DNA of 62,104 nucleotides, the filler included, from Chiloscyllium plagiosum (taxonomy: Eukaryota): NCBI RefSeq assembly GCF_004010195.1. It is 3 parts of one record of this genome, joined end to end, with 100 filler letters (N's around TTAATTAATTAA, not from the genome) between each part and the next. Parts side by side here need not be neighbours in the genome. Positions count along the whole stretch, not along the records: positions 1 to 16,251 come from NC_057714.1; 2 more parts are not named here. One strand, given 5' to 3'. Positions 1 through 11,760 of this stretch are shown one piece after another. The notes beneath the pieces were generated by a model. It was not told where the DNA came from and searched no databases. It saw nothing but the letters and a program-made list of their open reading frames with translations. The stretch's first letter is position 1, and every line of letters starts with the position of its first letter. A program made the translations under genes and the position numbers.

Positions 1-605
1 ATTGGGTGTGGGCATTTGCACTCCCTTTTTGATTTTCTCAAAAACCTTCTCCTCTGCTTTTGGTTGCACTTCAGTCCCACGCTCCTGATCTTTGGGCACC
101 TGGTACGGAGGAGGGAGGGCAGGTCTGATGACCTCCTCGTGAGTCTGGTCCTGGGCCTGGCCAAACTGGCCATTAACAGGTCCAGGCAGTGGGCTGTGGA
201 GGGGGTTATTAGGGCCGACTGCCTGCCCCTCTTCCGCGGTTACGTTAGGGCCTGGGTGTCCTTGGAGAAGGAGCACGCGGTGTCCACCAACACCCTGGAG
301 TTGTTCAGGGCGAGGTGGGCGCCGCAGGGAGTGGAGTGCATTATTTCCCCCTCCAACTCTATTTTGATTTAATCCCTACCCTCCCCTTCACTGTTTTGAT
401 CACACAGCACTGCCCTTTGATGTGAAGGGCAGTGCTTGTCACTGGCCACTCGGGTATTTTCCTATCTTCCTGGTGGTGGAAAGTGAATAAAGATTTGTGC
501 ACTTTGTGTCTCTCACTGTGTCTCACACCTACACACAACATGGGTGCTGGGGAAAAATAAGCAGGCGATAGTGTGAGAAAAAAAAGAAGAAAAAAAGAAA
601 AAAAA
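1..605 (+). mobile_element. 3' end of a Tx1-clade (L1 superfamily) non-LTR retrotransposon: ORF2 C-terminus, 3' UTR, A-rich tail
   Basis: ORF 16..372 (..LGLAKLAINRSR..FRGYVRAWVSLEKEHAVSTNTLELFRARWAPQGVECII) resembles Tx1-type ORF2 C-termini. AATAAA near 486 and A-rich tail ~578-605. The UTR recurs at 5155-5400. Confidence 0.75.
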
Positions 606-713
606 CAGGAGTGTCAGAGTTTCTGTTCACTCTGAGAGTTGGCTCTGAGGGAGCTGAGGATCAGTGTCAAGGACTCTCCACATGTTAATGCTGGCCTTTG
701 TGGAGTTATTTCA
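602..713 (+). repeat. Right part of Gypsy 5' LTR, followed by PBS-like sequence (714-724)
   Basis: Aligns with 5397-5527 and ends ...GTTATTTCA. Followed by gtgacgatgag, a degenerate TGGCGACGAG-type PBS. Confidence 0.75.
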
Positions 714-1194
714 GTGACGATGAGAGAAAAGCACATTCTTGAAGAAATTCTCTCATAACGGTCATCTTTAATTTGGGTAACATTTCTGACATCATGCCAT
801 TATTTGGAAAGCTTGTCTCGTTCAATCCTGTTGTCAAAGACTGGGCCCACTATGAGGAATGGATGCATTATTTTGTCTTGGAAATTACTTGGGACAGATG
901 AAATGAGTAATTCTCCTGACAGCTTGTGGCCCAACAGCTTTTTTTGGTTTTTAGGAGTCTAACTGTCTCTGAAGCACCAAATATAAAAGTTTCCATGAGT
1001 TGACAGATTATAGTTAAGGAATATTACAACCCCAAGCCTTGACAATTTGAGAACCAGAAGAATCCATATTGGGATTTTTGACTAAATTAAGATAACTGGT
1101 TGAGGCATGTGACTTTAGTTTAACCTGTAATGCAATGCTGAGAAACTGTTTGTTATGTGGGGTTAATGATGCAATAGCATCTATTAACTGAAAA

Positions 1195-1798
1195 AAAGTG
1201 AGGGCTGCAGATGCTGGAGATCAGAACTGAAAATGCGTTGCTGGAAAAGTGCAGCAAGTCAGGCAGCATCCAAGGAACAGGAGAATCGACATTTCAGGCA
1301 TAAACCCTTCTTCAGGAATGAGGAGAGTGTGCCAAGCAGGCTAAGTTAAAAGGTAGGGAGGAGGGACTTGGGGAGGGGCATTGGAAATGCGATAGGTGGA
1401 AGGAGGTTAAGGTGAGGGTGATAGGCTGTAGTGGGGGTGGGGGCGGAGAGATCAGGAAGAAGATTGCAGGTTAGGAAGGTGGTGCTGAGTTCAAGGGTTC
1501 GGACTGAGACAAGGTGGGGGGAGGGGAAATGAGCAAATTGGAGAAATCTGAGTTCATCCCTTGTGGTTGGAGGGTTCCTAGGCTGTCTCCCCAATATAGA
1601 GGAGGCCACACTGGGTGCAGCGGATGCAGTAAATGATGTGTGTGGAGCCTGCTTGGCACACTCTCCTCATTCCTGAAGAAGGGCTCATGCCCAAAACGTC
1701 GATTCTCCTGCTCCTTGGATGCTGCCTGACCTGCTGCACTTTTCCAGCAACACATTTTCAGCTCTGATCTCCAGCATCTGCAGTCCTCACTTTCTCCC
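1195..1798 (-). mobile_element. Penelope-like element (Neptune-type GIY-YIG remnant) with inverted terminal copy, nested in Gypsy gag
   Basis: The minus strand 1646-1583 reads STHIIYCIRCTQCGLLYIGET (GIY-YIG motif), then after an internal deletion LGTLQPQGMNSDFSN. 1195-1342 is mirrored by 1647-1795. Degenerate hammerhead cores at ~1288-1315 (-) and 1673-1700 (+). Confidence 0.85.
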
Positions 1799-4700
1799 AT
1801 AAGATAACTCATAGGCTGGTATCCAGGAAAGTGCACACCTTAGAAAGCCCACAGTTAAATTGCTTGGCAACATCCAAATCAGAACCAATCAAAATAAACA
1901 TGTAGTTAAATGGTCCCCCATTTCTGGCACGGCCATTTCAGTGATCGCAGAATCAGTTTTTAACATACTTTGCTCTGGACTCCAACCTATAAGTTTCCGC
2001 AAGACCTCGACTAGACTGATAACCTACACTAGGTAATCTTTACAGATTAAGGCTTTAACTTTAGTTACAGTCTTTTATGAGAAGCAGCTGTTTCAGTTCC
2101 CACTGATTGTACTAAAAGGCTCAGGCCGAAGCCTGGTGGGGTAAAATTGGTTGAGAAAGATTCACCTTGATTGGCTCAACATTTTTCGATTGGAAAATGG
2201 AAGCCTGAGCAAAGTCCTAACAAAATCCCTGCAAGTTTTTTCAGGATGGTATAAGGACTATCAAAGGAGCCAAGGCCACCTTGCAAGTTCACCAAAAATC
2301 AATTTCAGATTCTGCAAGGACCGCCCAGGGCCGTTTGCCTTACGGGCAAAATTAGAGGCAGAAATCAGGAGGCTGGAAAGTGAAGAAATCATCTCATGAG
2401 TCCAGTTGCAGAATGGGCAGCACTGGTCACACCGATTTTGAAGCCCAACGGGTCGGTTCAGCTTTGTGGGGATTTTAAACAAACGGTGAACCGTTGTTTG
2501 CAGTTGGATAAATACCCAATCCCTCTCACAGAGGATTTGTACACAAAGCTGGGAGTGGGGCTGTCCTTCATGAAGCTGGACATGACGCACGTGTACTTCC
2601 AATTGCAGTTAGATGAGAATTCCCAGAATTATGCTACATTTAATACCCATAAAGGTTTGTAACAATGTACAGGGCTGCCATTTGGGGTGTTGTCTGCCTG
2701 GGCCATTTTTTAGTAGATGATGCTATCTCAGGTTGCCATTTATCTAGATGATATGCTAGTAACAGAGAAGACCAATAAAGACCACATAGAGAACTTGGAT
2801 ATAGCCCTTAGATGATTCTCCCAGGCGGGTATATGCCTTAGAAAGGAATCATGTGTATTTCAGGCACCCCAAGTGAGCTACTAGAGCTACAGAGTCAACA
2901 AGATTGGATTACACCCATTGGAAGATAAAGTTAGTGTGATCAAAGATGCCCCAGCTCCCATGTCTATACCAGAGCTTAGGTCTTTCCTTGGGTTGGGGAA
3001 TTATCATGGAAAGTTCATACATGACCTGGCCTCCATTCCGGCACCTTTGCATCAACTCTTAAAAAAGGGTCAGCCTCAGAAATGGTTGCATAGCCAAGCC
3101 ATAGCTTTCAGGAAAGTGAAGAAACAGCTAGCATCCTCTAAGATGGTACGCTATGATCTGAGCGAGATCTGGTACTGACATGTGATGCCTCCACATATGA
3201 CATCATGGTAGTATTCGCTCATAGGTGGCCCAATGGAGAGGAATGCCCAATAGCATATGCATCCAGGACTTTGACTAATGAGGAACGTAAATGTGCCCAG
3301 ATAGAGAAGGATGCTTTGGTGGTCATGTATGGAGTCAGGACAATCCATCAAAATCTTTACGAATATAAATTTTTAAAAATAATTGACCGCAAACTCCTGC
3401 TAGGTGTACTTAAAGAGGACAAGGCAGTGCCACCAACTACTTTATGCCAAATTCAGAGGTGGGCTCTAATAGTAAGTGCGTAATGGCAAGTTGGAATACC
3501 ATCCAGGAGACCAAGCAGCAAATGCTGATGCATTGAGCCACCTAACTCTGGCAAATACCAGCTGGCTAGCACTGGTGGTACCATCACCAAAGAATCCATA
3601 ATAGTTTTAATTTTCTGGACACAGCTGACAATATCTGACTTTAGATGCAGAAAGATCTGGTTCTGGCAAAACTGAAACAGCTAGTGGTTATGAGGGAAAC
3701 AAAAGGGCCATCACAACCAAAATTGAAAGCTTTTTGAACCCAGAGAAACCAGATCATAGGGGAAGATGGGATATTATTATAGGGAGCGGGAGTGATTGTC
3801 CTGAGCAATGGTTGTTGTCAGATCTGGGCTGAACTCCACCAGAGTCATCCAAGGGTTTCTAAAATGAAAATGTTAGCAAGAAGTTGTACCTGTTTGCCAA
3901 GATTCAATGCAGACATAGCTGTGTTGGTGGGACAGTGCCCCAGAGTGCCAAAGAGAACAAAAGTTACCGTCAGCAGCTCTCCCACATACATGGGCATGGC
4001 TGGGTAAACCCTAGTGTCTGTCACACACCAGCTGTACAAGTCCTTTCATGGGTTCAATGTTCTTAATCATTGTGGAGCCCACTCAAACTGGTTGATCATG
4101 CATAGAGTTCATTTGTCGAACACAGGAACAATGATAGACAAACTGTGTGCAACTTTTGCAATACACAGACTCCTGCAAATGTTGGTAACAGATAATGGGC
4201 CATCATTTACCAGCAGGGAATTGGAGTATTTTCTAAAGTCGAATGGTATTCATCATATAAGGACAACACCATACCATCCATCATTCAATGGTCTGACAAA
4301 ACAAAAGCAATCCAAACATTGAAGGCAGGCTTAAAGAAACAGCCTACAGCTTCACTAGATACTAAACTGTCCTGGTTCCTATTTGATTATAGGACCATGC
4401 CTCATGCAATGACAGGGATAGTTTCAGTAGACTTGCCAATAGGAAGAAGACCCCATACTAGTTTAAATCTGATCTTTCCAGACCTGGAGGGTGGGGGGAG
4501 GAGGAGGGTGAAACGGCATTGGGAACAGCAATGCCAGGCACACGACTCTGTTAAGGGAGAGAGACAGCTTACATTGGGACGAAGCTTGGTATAGGAACCA
4601 CAGGAATGGCCCTGCATGGGTAAGAGGCATGATCAACATGAGGTGAGGTCCATTGACATATGACGTTCAGGTATGTGTGACTATCCTGAACATGCATCTG

Positions 4701-5038
4701 GACCATAAGATAACCTCACACTTGCAAATGGTGTGGATGCAAGACATGCCTGGCTCCTTGACCGTCTGCCTAAATGTAGGTTCTCCCTCTCTGGCAAGCA
4801 TTGAAGATATCTTGGAATCTGAGATGGACACAGTGAATGTTGCCACCTCAATGCTTTTGTTGCATGAAGAGGAGAATAAATTTCTTCTGATATGCTCTCA
4901 GTGCAAGAGGCGAGCTACTATGTGTTATATGGTGCCCATATCAGGGGCAGAGATGGAGAAACTTGACCCAATGCTAAAACACCCAGGATGGGCTGTAGAA
5001 AAAAATGGCCTGTGCCCTTGGATTCAGAGGGGGAGGGA

Positions 5039-5527
5039 TGTAGCAATTGTAACAAGATCAGCCAGGTGGATCTGATAGATTATGAGTTCCCTGATTGGGG
5101 ATGTTAATCTGGTCCAATCAGGGAGCCCTGGCTGACAGATAAGAAAAGGATTATTGCCCTTTGATGTGAAGGGCAGTGTTTGTCACTGGCCACCCGGGTG
5201 TTTTCCTATCTTCCTGGTGGTGGAAATTGAATAAAGATTCGTGCACTTTGTGTCTTTCACTGTGTCTCACACCTGCACACACACACCATGGGTGCTGGGA
5301 AAAAAAAATAAGCACTACCGCACTTAGGTGGTAGTGTGGGGGTTAAATTATTAAAAAGAAAAAGAAAAACAAAAAGAAAAAAAGAAGAAAAAAAAGAAAA
5401 GGATTATCAGACATCCTGATGACTCTGAGAGCTGGCTGTAAGGGAGCTGGATCAGTGTCAAGGATTCTCTAAATGTAAATAAAGAGTGACTAAGTGATGG
5501 GATACTGGCCTTTGTAGAGTTATTTCA
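5039..5527 (+). repeat. Gypsy 3' LTR (TG...CA), interrupted by a Tx1-like insertion
   Basis: Starts TG right after the PPT agagggggaggga, ends TTATTTCA, contains AATAAA, and is homologous to 602-713. Confidence 0.85.
5155..5393 (+). mobile_element. 5'-truncated Tx1-like element (3' UTR + A tail) with 14-bp TSD
   Basis: Close match to 411-605. TSD aagaaaaggattat at 5141-5154 and 5394-5407. Confidence 0.85.
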
Positions 5528-6515
5528 GAGTTCAATAACTTTAGAGTCTGATTCTATGCTTCCATTTTTTTACTCATCCAGCACCCTGTCCTGTTATGAC
5601 ATGAGTTGTTTTTTGCACAGTCACCCATTCTCACATACTCCTGGGCCTATTATCACATTATATAGGTTGCTTTCAGTACAGATCAGCCATTCTCTCCTAC
5701 TCTTGGATCTTATGATCATTTATTAAGTATTTTCTTTCTCTCCTGGCCTGCTATCCATAATCTCCTTATTTCCCTACCCCTTTCATATCCTTCTCTCTCT
5801 GGGCTCCATCTCCACCTATCAACTCACTTCTCACATCCTTGCCCCCTCCTCCAATGTCGTCTTCAGGATAAATACCACGTTCTCTACCCAGGACAGGGTG
5901 GTGGATGGATAAAAACACGGAAGGATAGAATCAGGCTGTAAAGTTATTGAACTCTGAAGTAACTCCTCAAAGGCTGGTATCCCATCACTAAGTCATTCTT
6001 TATTTACATTTGGAGAATCTTTGACACTGATCCAGCTCCCTCAGAGTCAGCTGTCAGAGTCAACAGGATGCCTTACACTCCTGTTCTTGTCTGTCAGCCA
6101 GGGATCCCTAATTGGACCAGATTAACACTCCCTCAGGGAACTCGTAATCTGTCAGGTCCACCTGGCTGACTGCATTACAACTGCTACACCCCACCCCCTC
6201 TGAGTCCAAGGACACAGGCTGTTTTCTTTTGTAGCCCATCCTGGGTGTTTTAGCATTGGGTTAGGTTTCTCCAACTCTACCTCTGATATGGGCAGCATGT
6301 AATGCATAGTAGCTCGCATCTTGCACCCAGAGCATCTCAGAAGAAATTTCTTCGCCTCTTCATGCGCAAAGGCATTGAGGTGCTAACATCCCTGAAGAAA
6401 GGTCACTGAACCCAAAATGTTGACTCTGTGTCCATCCACAGATGCTGTAAGAGCTGCTGAATTTCACCAGCAATTTCTATTTTTGTTTCAGATCTCCAGC
6501 ATCCGTAGTTCTTTT
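5528..6515 (+). mobile_element. Old PLE 3' body (5528-5888) and hammerhead-tail module (6391-6515), split by an inverted duplication
   Basis: Begins gagttcaataacttta (EFNNF), matching the PLE ORF end seen at 23950-23970(-). Pyrimidine-rich body, then cctgaaga..cagatgctg..ccagcatccgtag tail. Confidence 0.55.
5889..6390 (-). repeat. Inverted duplicate of Gypsy 3' internal end + LTR + downstream flank (source 4836-5593), lacking the Tx1 insert
   Basis: The reverse complement aligns colinearly with 4836-5154 and 5408-5593, including ~65 nt beyond the LTR end. Confidence 0.88.
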
Positions 6516-6519
6516 TTTT

Positions 6520-7001
6520 ATCATTGACCTCCCTGCACCGTTGGGGATCCCATTTCATAGCTCTGACCTGAGTTGATATTCAAGCCTGGCTGGTCTGGTC
6601 TGGTGGTGTGGCCTCCTGTTCATAGCAGTCAACAGGAAAGAAGACAGTCCTTCGCTCCATGAGCAAATCCACCAGCACCTCCAGATCCCTGCTTGTGAAG
6701 TGAGAGCTTTTCCTTTCTCTGGACTTTAATGGTTGTGCAGCAGACTGCAAGGGTCAGCTCCTGGCTCACAGTGTCTGAAGTAGTGTGCAGCTGGGCTTTA
6801 AATGTGAAGACAAGAAAGTCCCAGTTGTGGAAAGCATTTTCACCTCTCCTGCCTCCTCACTCCTTGAGAAGGATGCTAAAGAACCTGTTCACTAATTACT
6901 GATTAAAGAGCAGAAGATTGCATGAAAAAGTTGCACTAAGCCATGATGGACCCGGCCCCATGAATCTCATGCTTTAATTGCAAATGGGAAAATTCTGCCC
7001 A
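6520..7001 (-). mobile_element. PIF/Harbinger DNA transposon remnant (Myb/SANT-like ORF fragment, candidate TIR)
   Basis: The minus strand ~6720-6630 reads RERKSSHFTSRDLEVLVDLLMERRTVFFP, like Harbinger Myb/SANT proteins. Terminus gggcagaattttccc (-) at 6987-7001. Confidence 0.55.
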
Positions 7002-7489
7002 AATAGTAAATGTTCCAATGGGGAGAAGGAGGAGGAGCATACAGTAAAATTATGACATTCAGTCCTATGCAGTCTCGTGGGTTCACATGAAAGACCATCA
7101 ATCTCAAACATTGAATGCTGTTTTTCCCTTCCCAGATGCTGCTTGAGCATTTCCAGCATTTTCTGTTATTATTTCACATAACTTTACAGATCAACCATGA
7201 AACAGTCAGCAGATTTTGAATCCTGACATAAATTTACAGCAAAAAAAATTATTAAATTTGTAGAGAAGTGGCAGGCCACATACATTTCATACTGAGATTC
7301 AAGAGGGATTGACGATTGGGTTCAAGCACACCAGATGCAGAACACCCTCCCTCCCTTCCACCTTCTAAAACACAGGATATTTTACACAGCACTAAACTCA
7401 ACTAGAAGCCAAGATTTCTGGGTGTATTTATTTGAGTTTACATCAGTGAAGTCTGTCTAGTTTTACAAAGTGCATTGCTGCAATGACAA

Positions 7490-7815
7490 ATAAGAAAGAA
7501 TTACTTGCATTTCCACAGCATCTTTCATGAATTCAGGATATTCCAAAGTCTTCTATCAGCTATTGATTAACCAGTACTTTGTAAGTGTAGTCAATATTGC
7601 ATTATTGGAAAAGGGCCAGACAATTTGCACACACCAAGTGCCAGAAACGAGATGAGTGACCAAATAATCGGTAGAACTTCCCAGCTTTTCTTTGAAATTG
7701 TGCAGTGGGATCTTTACAGCCATCTGCCAAGGGCAGAAGACTTTGAACATCTGACCTGAAACAGTACTGCACCAGAGCACTATCTTAAGTGTTGTGCTGA
7801 ATTCTCCAGGGTGGA
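7490..7815 (-). mobile_element. Ancient DeuSINE/AmnSINE-like element, degraded
   Basis: The minus strand contains gtgtgcaaattg..ttgactacacttacaaagtact..gactttgga..aaatgcaagt, recalled as the Deu/SINE3-type 3' region. Confidence 0.5.
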
Positions 7816-7829
7816 ATGCGAACCTGCAC

Positions 7830-8310
7830 TGAAGGAGGTACAAAGGAAATTCACCAGATGTTGCTTGGGATAGAGCATTTCAGCCATAAGGAGAGGCTGC
7901 ATAAACTTAGGTTGTTTTCTTTGGGGCGGAGAAGATTTAGGGGTGACCTGATAGTGGTGTATAGGATTATGAGGGGCATGGACAGGGTGGATACAGTGCA
8001 TCTGTTCCCCTTAGTTGAAAGGTCAGTAACAAATGGTCAGAATTTTAAAGTCAAAGGCAGGAGGTATGGAAGGGGTTGAGGAAAAACCTTTTCCTCAATT
8101 GGGGTGGTGGGCTCTGGACTGCAAAGCCTGAGAGGGTAGTTGACGTAGGGAATTTCGCAACTTTTAAGAAGTTTTTAGATGAGCACTTGAAGTGACATAA
8201 CATTCAAGGCTATGGGCCAACTGTGGGACAGCAGGACAAGTGTAGGTACTAGTACACTTTTGGTGATACAGACTTGATGGGCCAAAGGGCCTCTTCTATA
8301 CTCTATGATA
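7830..8310 (+). mobile_element. CR1 LINE 3' fragment
   Basis: ORF: ERLHKLRLFSLGRRRFRGDLIVVYRIMRGMDRVD. CR1 3' UTR (gatgggccaaagggcct..ctctatga). Confidence 0.85.
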
Positions 8311-8959
8311 TTGGGATTCTCTAAACCCACAATTTAAAATTCAGAGGCTAGGGTGCTTCCAGCAACACACAATTGACATCACTTGACAAAACGTCACTCA
8401 AGTTATGCTCTAAAAAGTATAAAAGGTACTTTATATACATCATTTTATATAGATCTAAGATTGCCTTGCTAAGGTTTTTAAAATTGATTTTTCTAGTTAA
8501 GTATAGGATGGTATTCGACACACAAGGATTCAATTGTCAGCATACATTTATCTTATTATATGCATATCCCATACTTTAACCTGCTGGCACTTTATTGTGA
8601 TTTTCAGCAGCCTTTCTTTATCTTTAGCTGCCTCTATTTGTTTTAAAAAAAACTGCTTCAGACAGAATATTTTAGGTCGTACTCAGGGTTTTGATGTACA
8701 AGCCAAAAAAAGCAGCGCTCACATGCCAACTTCCACATATTGTAAGCTGTTCTTCAATACTCAGTGGGTTGATCTAAAATAATGCCATTCTATTACATGT
8801 GGCCAGGAACAATATCAACAGGCATATGGTATTTTTAACAGAAGAGTGAAAAAAAACAGGAAAGAATCTACATTGACTGGTGTTAAAAAAAGGTCATGAC
8901 CTTTCAAATTTATATTCAAATCAATAGATAAAAGTAGTCAAAAGTGACCTTAGAGGAGA

Positions 8960-9265
8960 TAGTGGCATCGTGGTAATGTCACTGAACAAGTGATGCAGAA
9001 TCCCAGGATGATGTTCTGGGGACATGAGTTCAACATGACTTAAATGGTGAAATATGAACTCATTGAAAATCTGGGATTAAAAAGTTGGTCTCATGGTGAC
9101 CGTTGTTGATTGTTCTAAAAACCCATCTGGGTCATTAATGCCTCTTAGGGAATAGAATCTCCTATCTGTACCTCATCTGGCCTCCACGTAACTCTACACC
9201 AATAGCAATGTGGTTGTCTCCTAACTTCTCTCCTAGCTAGAAAGACACATCCCACAAATTAATTT
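8960..9265 (+). mobile_element. tRNA-derived SINE (second elasmobranch family; related copies at ~33400-33655 and ~41040-41280 on the minus strand)
   Basis: A-box-like gtggcatcgtggtaatgtcactg and B-box-like gagttcaa. Body (aaaacccatctgg..tagggaa..agcaatgtggttg) is shared with the two minus-strand copies. Confidence 0.6.
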
Positions 9266-10703
9266 TTAAAAGTCCAGAAGTTACTTTGTAACCACAGATT
9301 CTTATGAACCATTACAGACCAAGAAGACAGCTCACTACCACCTTCTCAATGATAATTACGGATGAGCAATAAACGCTGGTCAAGCTGGGGAAACCCATAT
9401 CGTTATTATGACATCATATTATTAGCTTTAGCAAGAGGATTCCATATTATTATATGGCCATAAATAATTATCTGTATCCAGTTCCTCTCTAAGCACCACC
9501 ACCCCCACCCTACAGCCCTATCTAGCACATCCTGTGTCAATTCCCATTCCTTTTACTCCATTCCTGCTAAACATCAAACTGCCTTTATTTGATCTTCTTT
9601 GCTTTCAGTGAACATTCCAACCTGCGATCTCTGCCAACTGGAAGAACAAAGCAGCAGTTACATGGGAACACCAGCACCTGCAAGCCACACACCAGCATGA
9701 CTTGGAACAATATTACTGTTCTTCCACTGTCAATATGTCAACTGAAGCTCCCACTGTCACAGCACTGTGCGTGTAACTACATCACATGGATTGGAGCAGT
9801 TCAGGAAGACATTCAACAACACTTTCTCAAAGACAATGAGAATTGGGCAAAAATGATGACATATCCCATGAAAGAATATAAGAAATCATAGCCCATCTAC
9901 CAGGATGAGGGATATTTAAATAATCAAGTGGCATACGTCACACACATTGCACAATGGGGACAGATAACATACTATGGGTAAAAGCTGAAAGATTGAAAAT
10001 TAATCTTATTTTCCCACAGTAAATTCAGAAGCAGGATTCTTAATGCAATCTTTCCAGACTTTCAGGGGTCCAGATCAGAACCACTTGTTTTCTTTTTATT
10101 CTTGCAATGTGAACATCAGCTGCAAGGCCAGAATTAATCTCCAGCCCTAATTACCCTTTTGAAGGATGTTGATGAGCCACTGCATTCTGTTGGCATACAG
10201 CTCTACTAGTTAAAACACTAACTCCCATACACACACATGAAAAGAAAACGGTGTTTTATGGGTGGAGGGAAAGACTGGGAAAGCATTTTGGTGGTCCATG
10301 TTCACAGGATCTGCTGAGATGGTTCTTGTGTTAATCGGAAGCTATTTCTTAATCTTCCTTCTCCAGATATTTTCACTTGTTTGCCAAGACACAGGGTAAC
10401 TGGTTCATACTTATAAATGCTTCTGATTTATAACTAAAAGTCACATCCTACAGCAACTGCTGAAGAATAAAATAAACTGGTTTTCTTCAGGTTTTTTCTC
10501 TTCCAAGAATAGAGAATGTTTCTAAGCTTGTTCACATCCATAATCTGATCAGCTCCTGAGAATCGGTCACAGAGTGTTTGGATTGCAGAAGGTCTTTTTC
10601 ATTGATAACTGGTTCAATGATTCAACAGACCAATCAACTAAGTGCTGCTGGGACTTGGTTGAATTTCCATTTCTCTATAGCTGCTCCGCAATCTTTTAAT
10701 CAA

Positions 10704-10835
10704 TTCTGATGGAGGGTTACTGGACCCGCAATATTGACAGCTTTTTTTCTCCACAGATGCTGCCAACCCTGCTGAGTTTCACCAGCAATTTCTGTTTTTG
10801 ATTCAGATTTCCAGCCTCTGCAGATCTTGGTTTTA
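10704..10835 (+). mobile_element. PLE hammerhead-tail module, degenerate
   Basis: ctgatggagggttactggacccgcaatattgac followed by cagatgctgcc..ctgctgagtttcaccagc..ccagcctctgcag. Same layout as 6391-6515. Confidence 0.6.
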
Positions 10836-11444
10836 TCTTTCCACTATTGCTTGAACCAGTAGCTGGGTAAATAGCACTTGCAAGAAATGTCAAGTCACTT
10901 GCTTTCCAAAAAGTGCAGCAATCCTTCAAAATGCTTTGTTTTTAGAAGTTATTTCCCATTTTATTTCACAAACAAAAATATTCAAAAACAGGAAACACAG
11001 GCTTTATAGCTTTATGTCTATGTACATTCCATGTAAGAAGAAAGCATTTTGAGCATGTAGAGATTAAAAGAATTGTGAATGAAGTTTCACTGATGTGTGA
11101 GCATGATTTTCTTCAGATGTATCAATGGTCAAAGGGACCCTTTATGGTGATGCTCTTGTCCTGTTTAAGCCTTTGCTGAGAACCTATCTGATGTGTAAAA
11201 TTATCCTAGTTGTGAGGAAAAGTAGGTGAGTTTTAGGTGAGTGGGTTGTTGCTGGTGAGCTGTTACATGCCAAATGTTCTTGTTCTGCTTGAATTGTGAA
11301 CCCTGATTAATAAGTGAGCTGTGGTCTATTTGTTAGTTCAGCATGGGTAGGCGCAACGAAGTGAAAGGCACAGATTAGACTCAAGGCTTGTAATAGTAAT
11401 ATCTGTTACCCAGGATCCAGTAAGGTGGCAGCTTACAATAGTAG

Positions 11445-11760
11445 AACATAAGACCATAAGAAATAGGAGTGGAAGTAAGGCCATTCAACTCATCGAGTCC
11501 GCTCCACCATTCTTTCATGGCTGTTGGCCTTGTCACACCACTTACCCACACTCTCCCCGTATCCCTTAATTGCTTGCGAGATTAAGAATTTATCAATCTC
11601 TGCCTTGAAGACATTTAATGTTCCAGCCTCCACTGCGCTCTGTGACAATGAATTACAGAGGCCACCACTCTCTGGCTGAAGAAATGTCTCCTCATTTCTG
11701 TTCTAAATTGATCCCCTCTAATTCTAAGTCTATGCCTAAGGGTCCTAGTATCCCCGACTT
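11445..11760 (-). mobile_element. CR1 LINE 3' fragment
   Basis: Typical minus-strand CR1 end: (cataaga)n, aggccattc, ccactctctggctgaagaaat. Confidence 0.75.

Larger units (their letters stand above)
602..5527 (+). mobile_element. Degenerate Gypsy/Ty3 LTR retrotransposon (gag-PR-RT-RNaseH-IN, many stops and frameshifts)
   Basis: gag-like start MPLFGKLVSFNPVVKDW at 794. RT fragments (WAALVTPILKPNGSVQLCGDFKQTVN, ATFNTHKGL; YLDD at 2741-2752). RNase H (PIAYASRTL..AQIEKDAL). Integrase (LHQSHP..KMKMLARS; LVTDNGPSFTS; TTPYHPSFNG). Polypurine tract 5026-5038 and paired LTRs. Confidence 0.92.

Noticed and set aside
2151..5075. Functional or domesticated Gypsy pol
   Set aside because: It is broken into many short ORFs by stops and frameshifts, with a PLE in gag.
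5955..6190. Independent solo LTR insertion
   Set aside because: Homology extends beyond both LTR ends into internal and flanking DNA, so it is a duplication.
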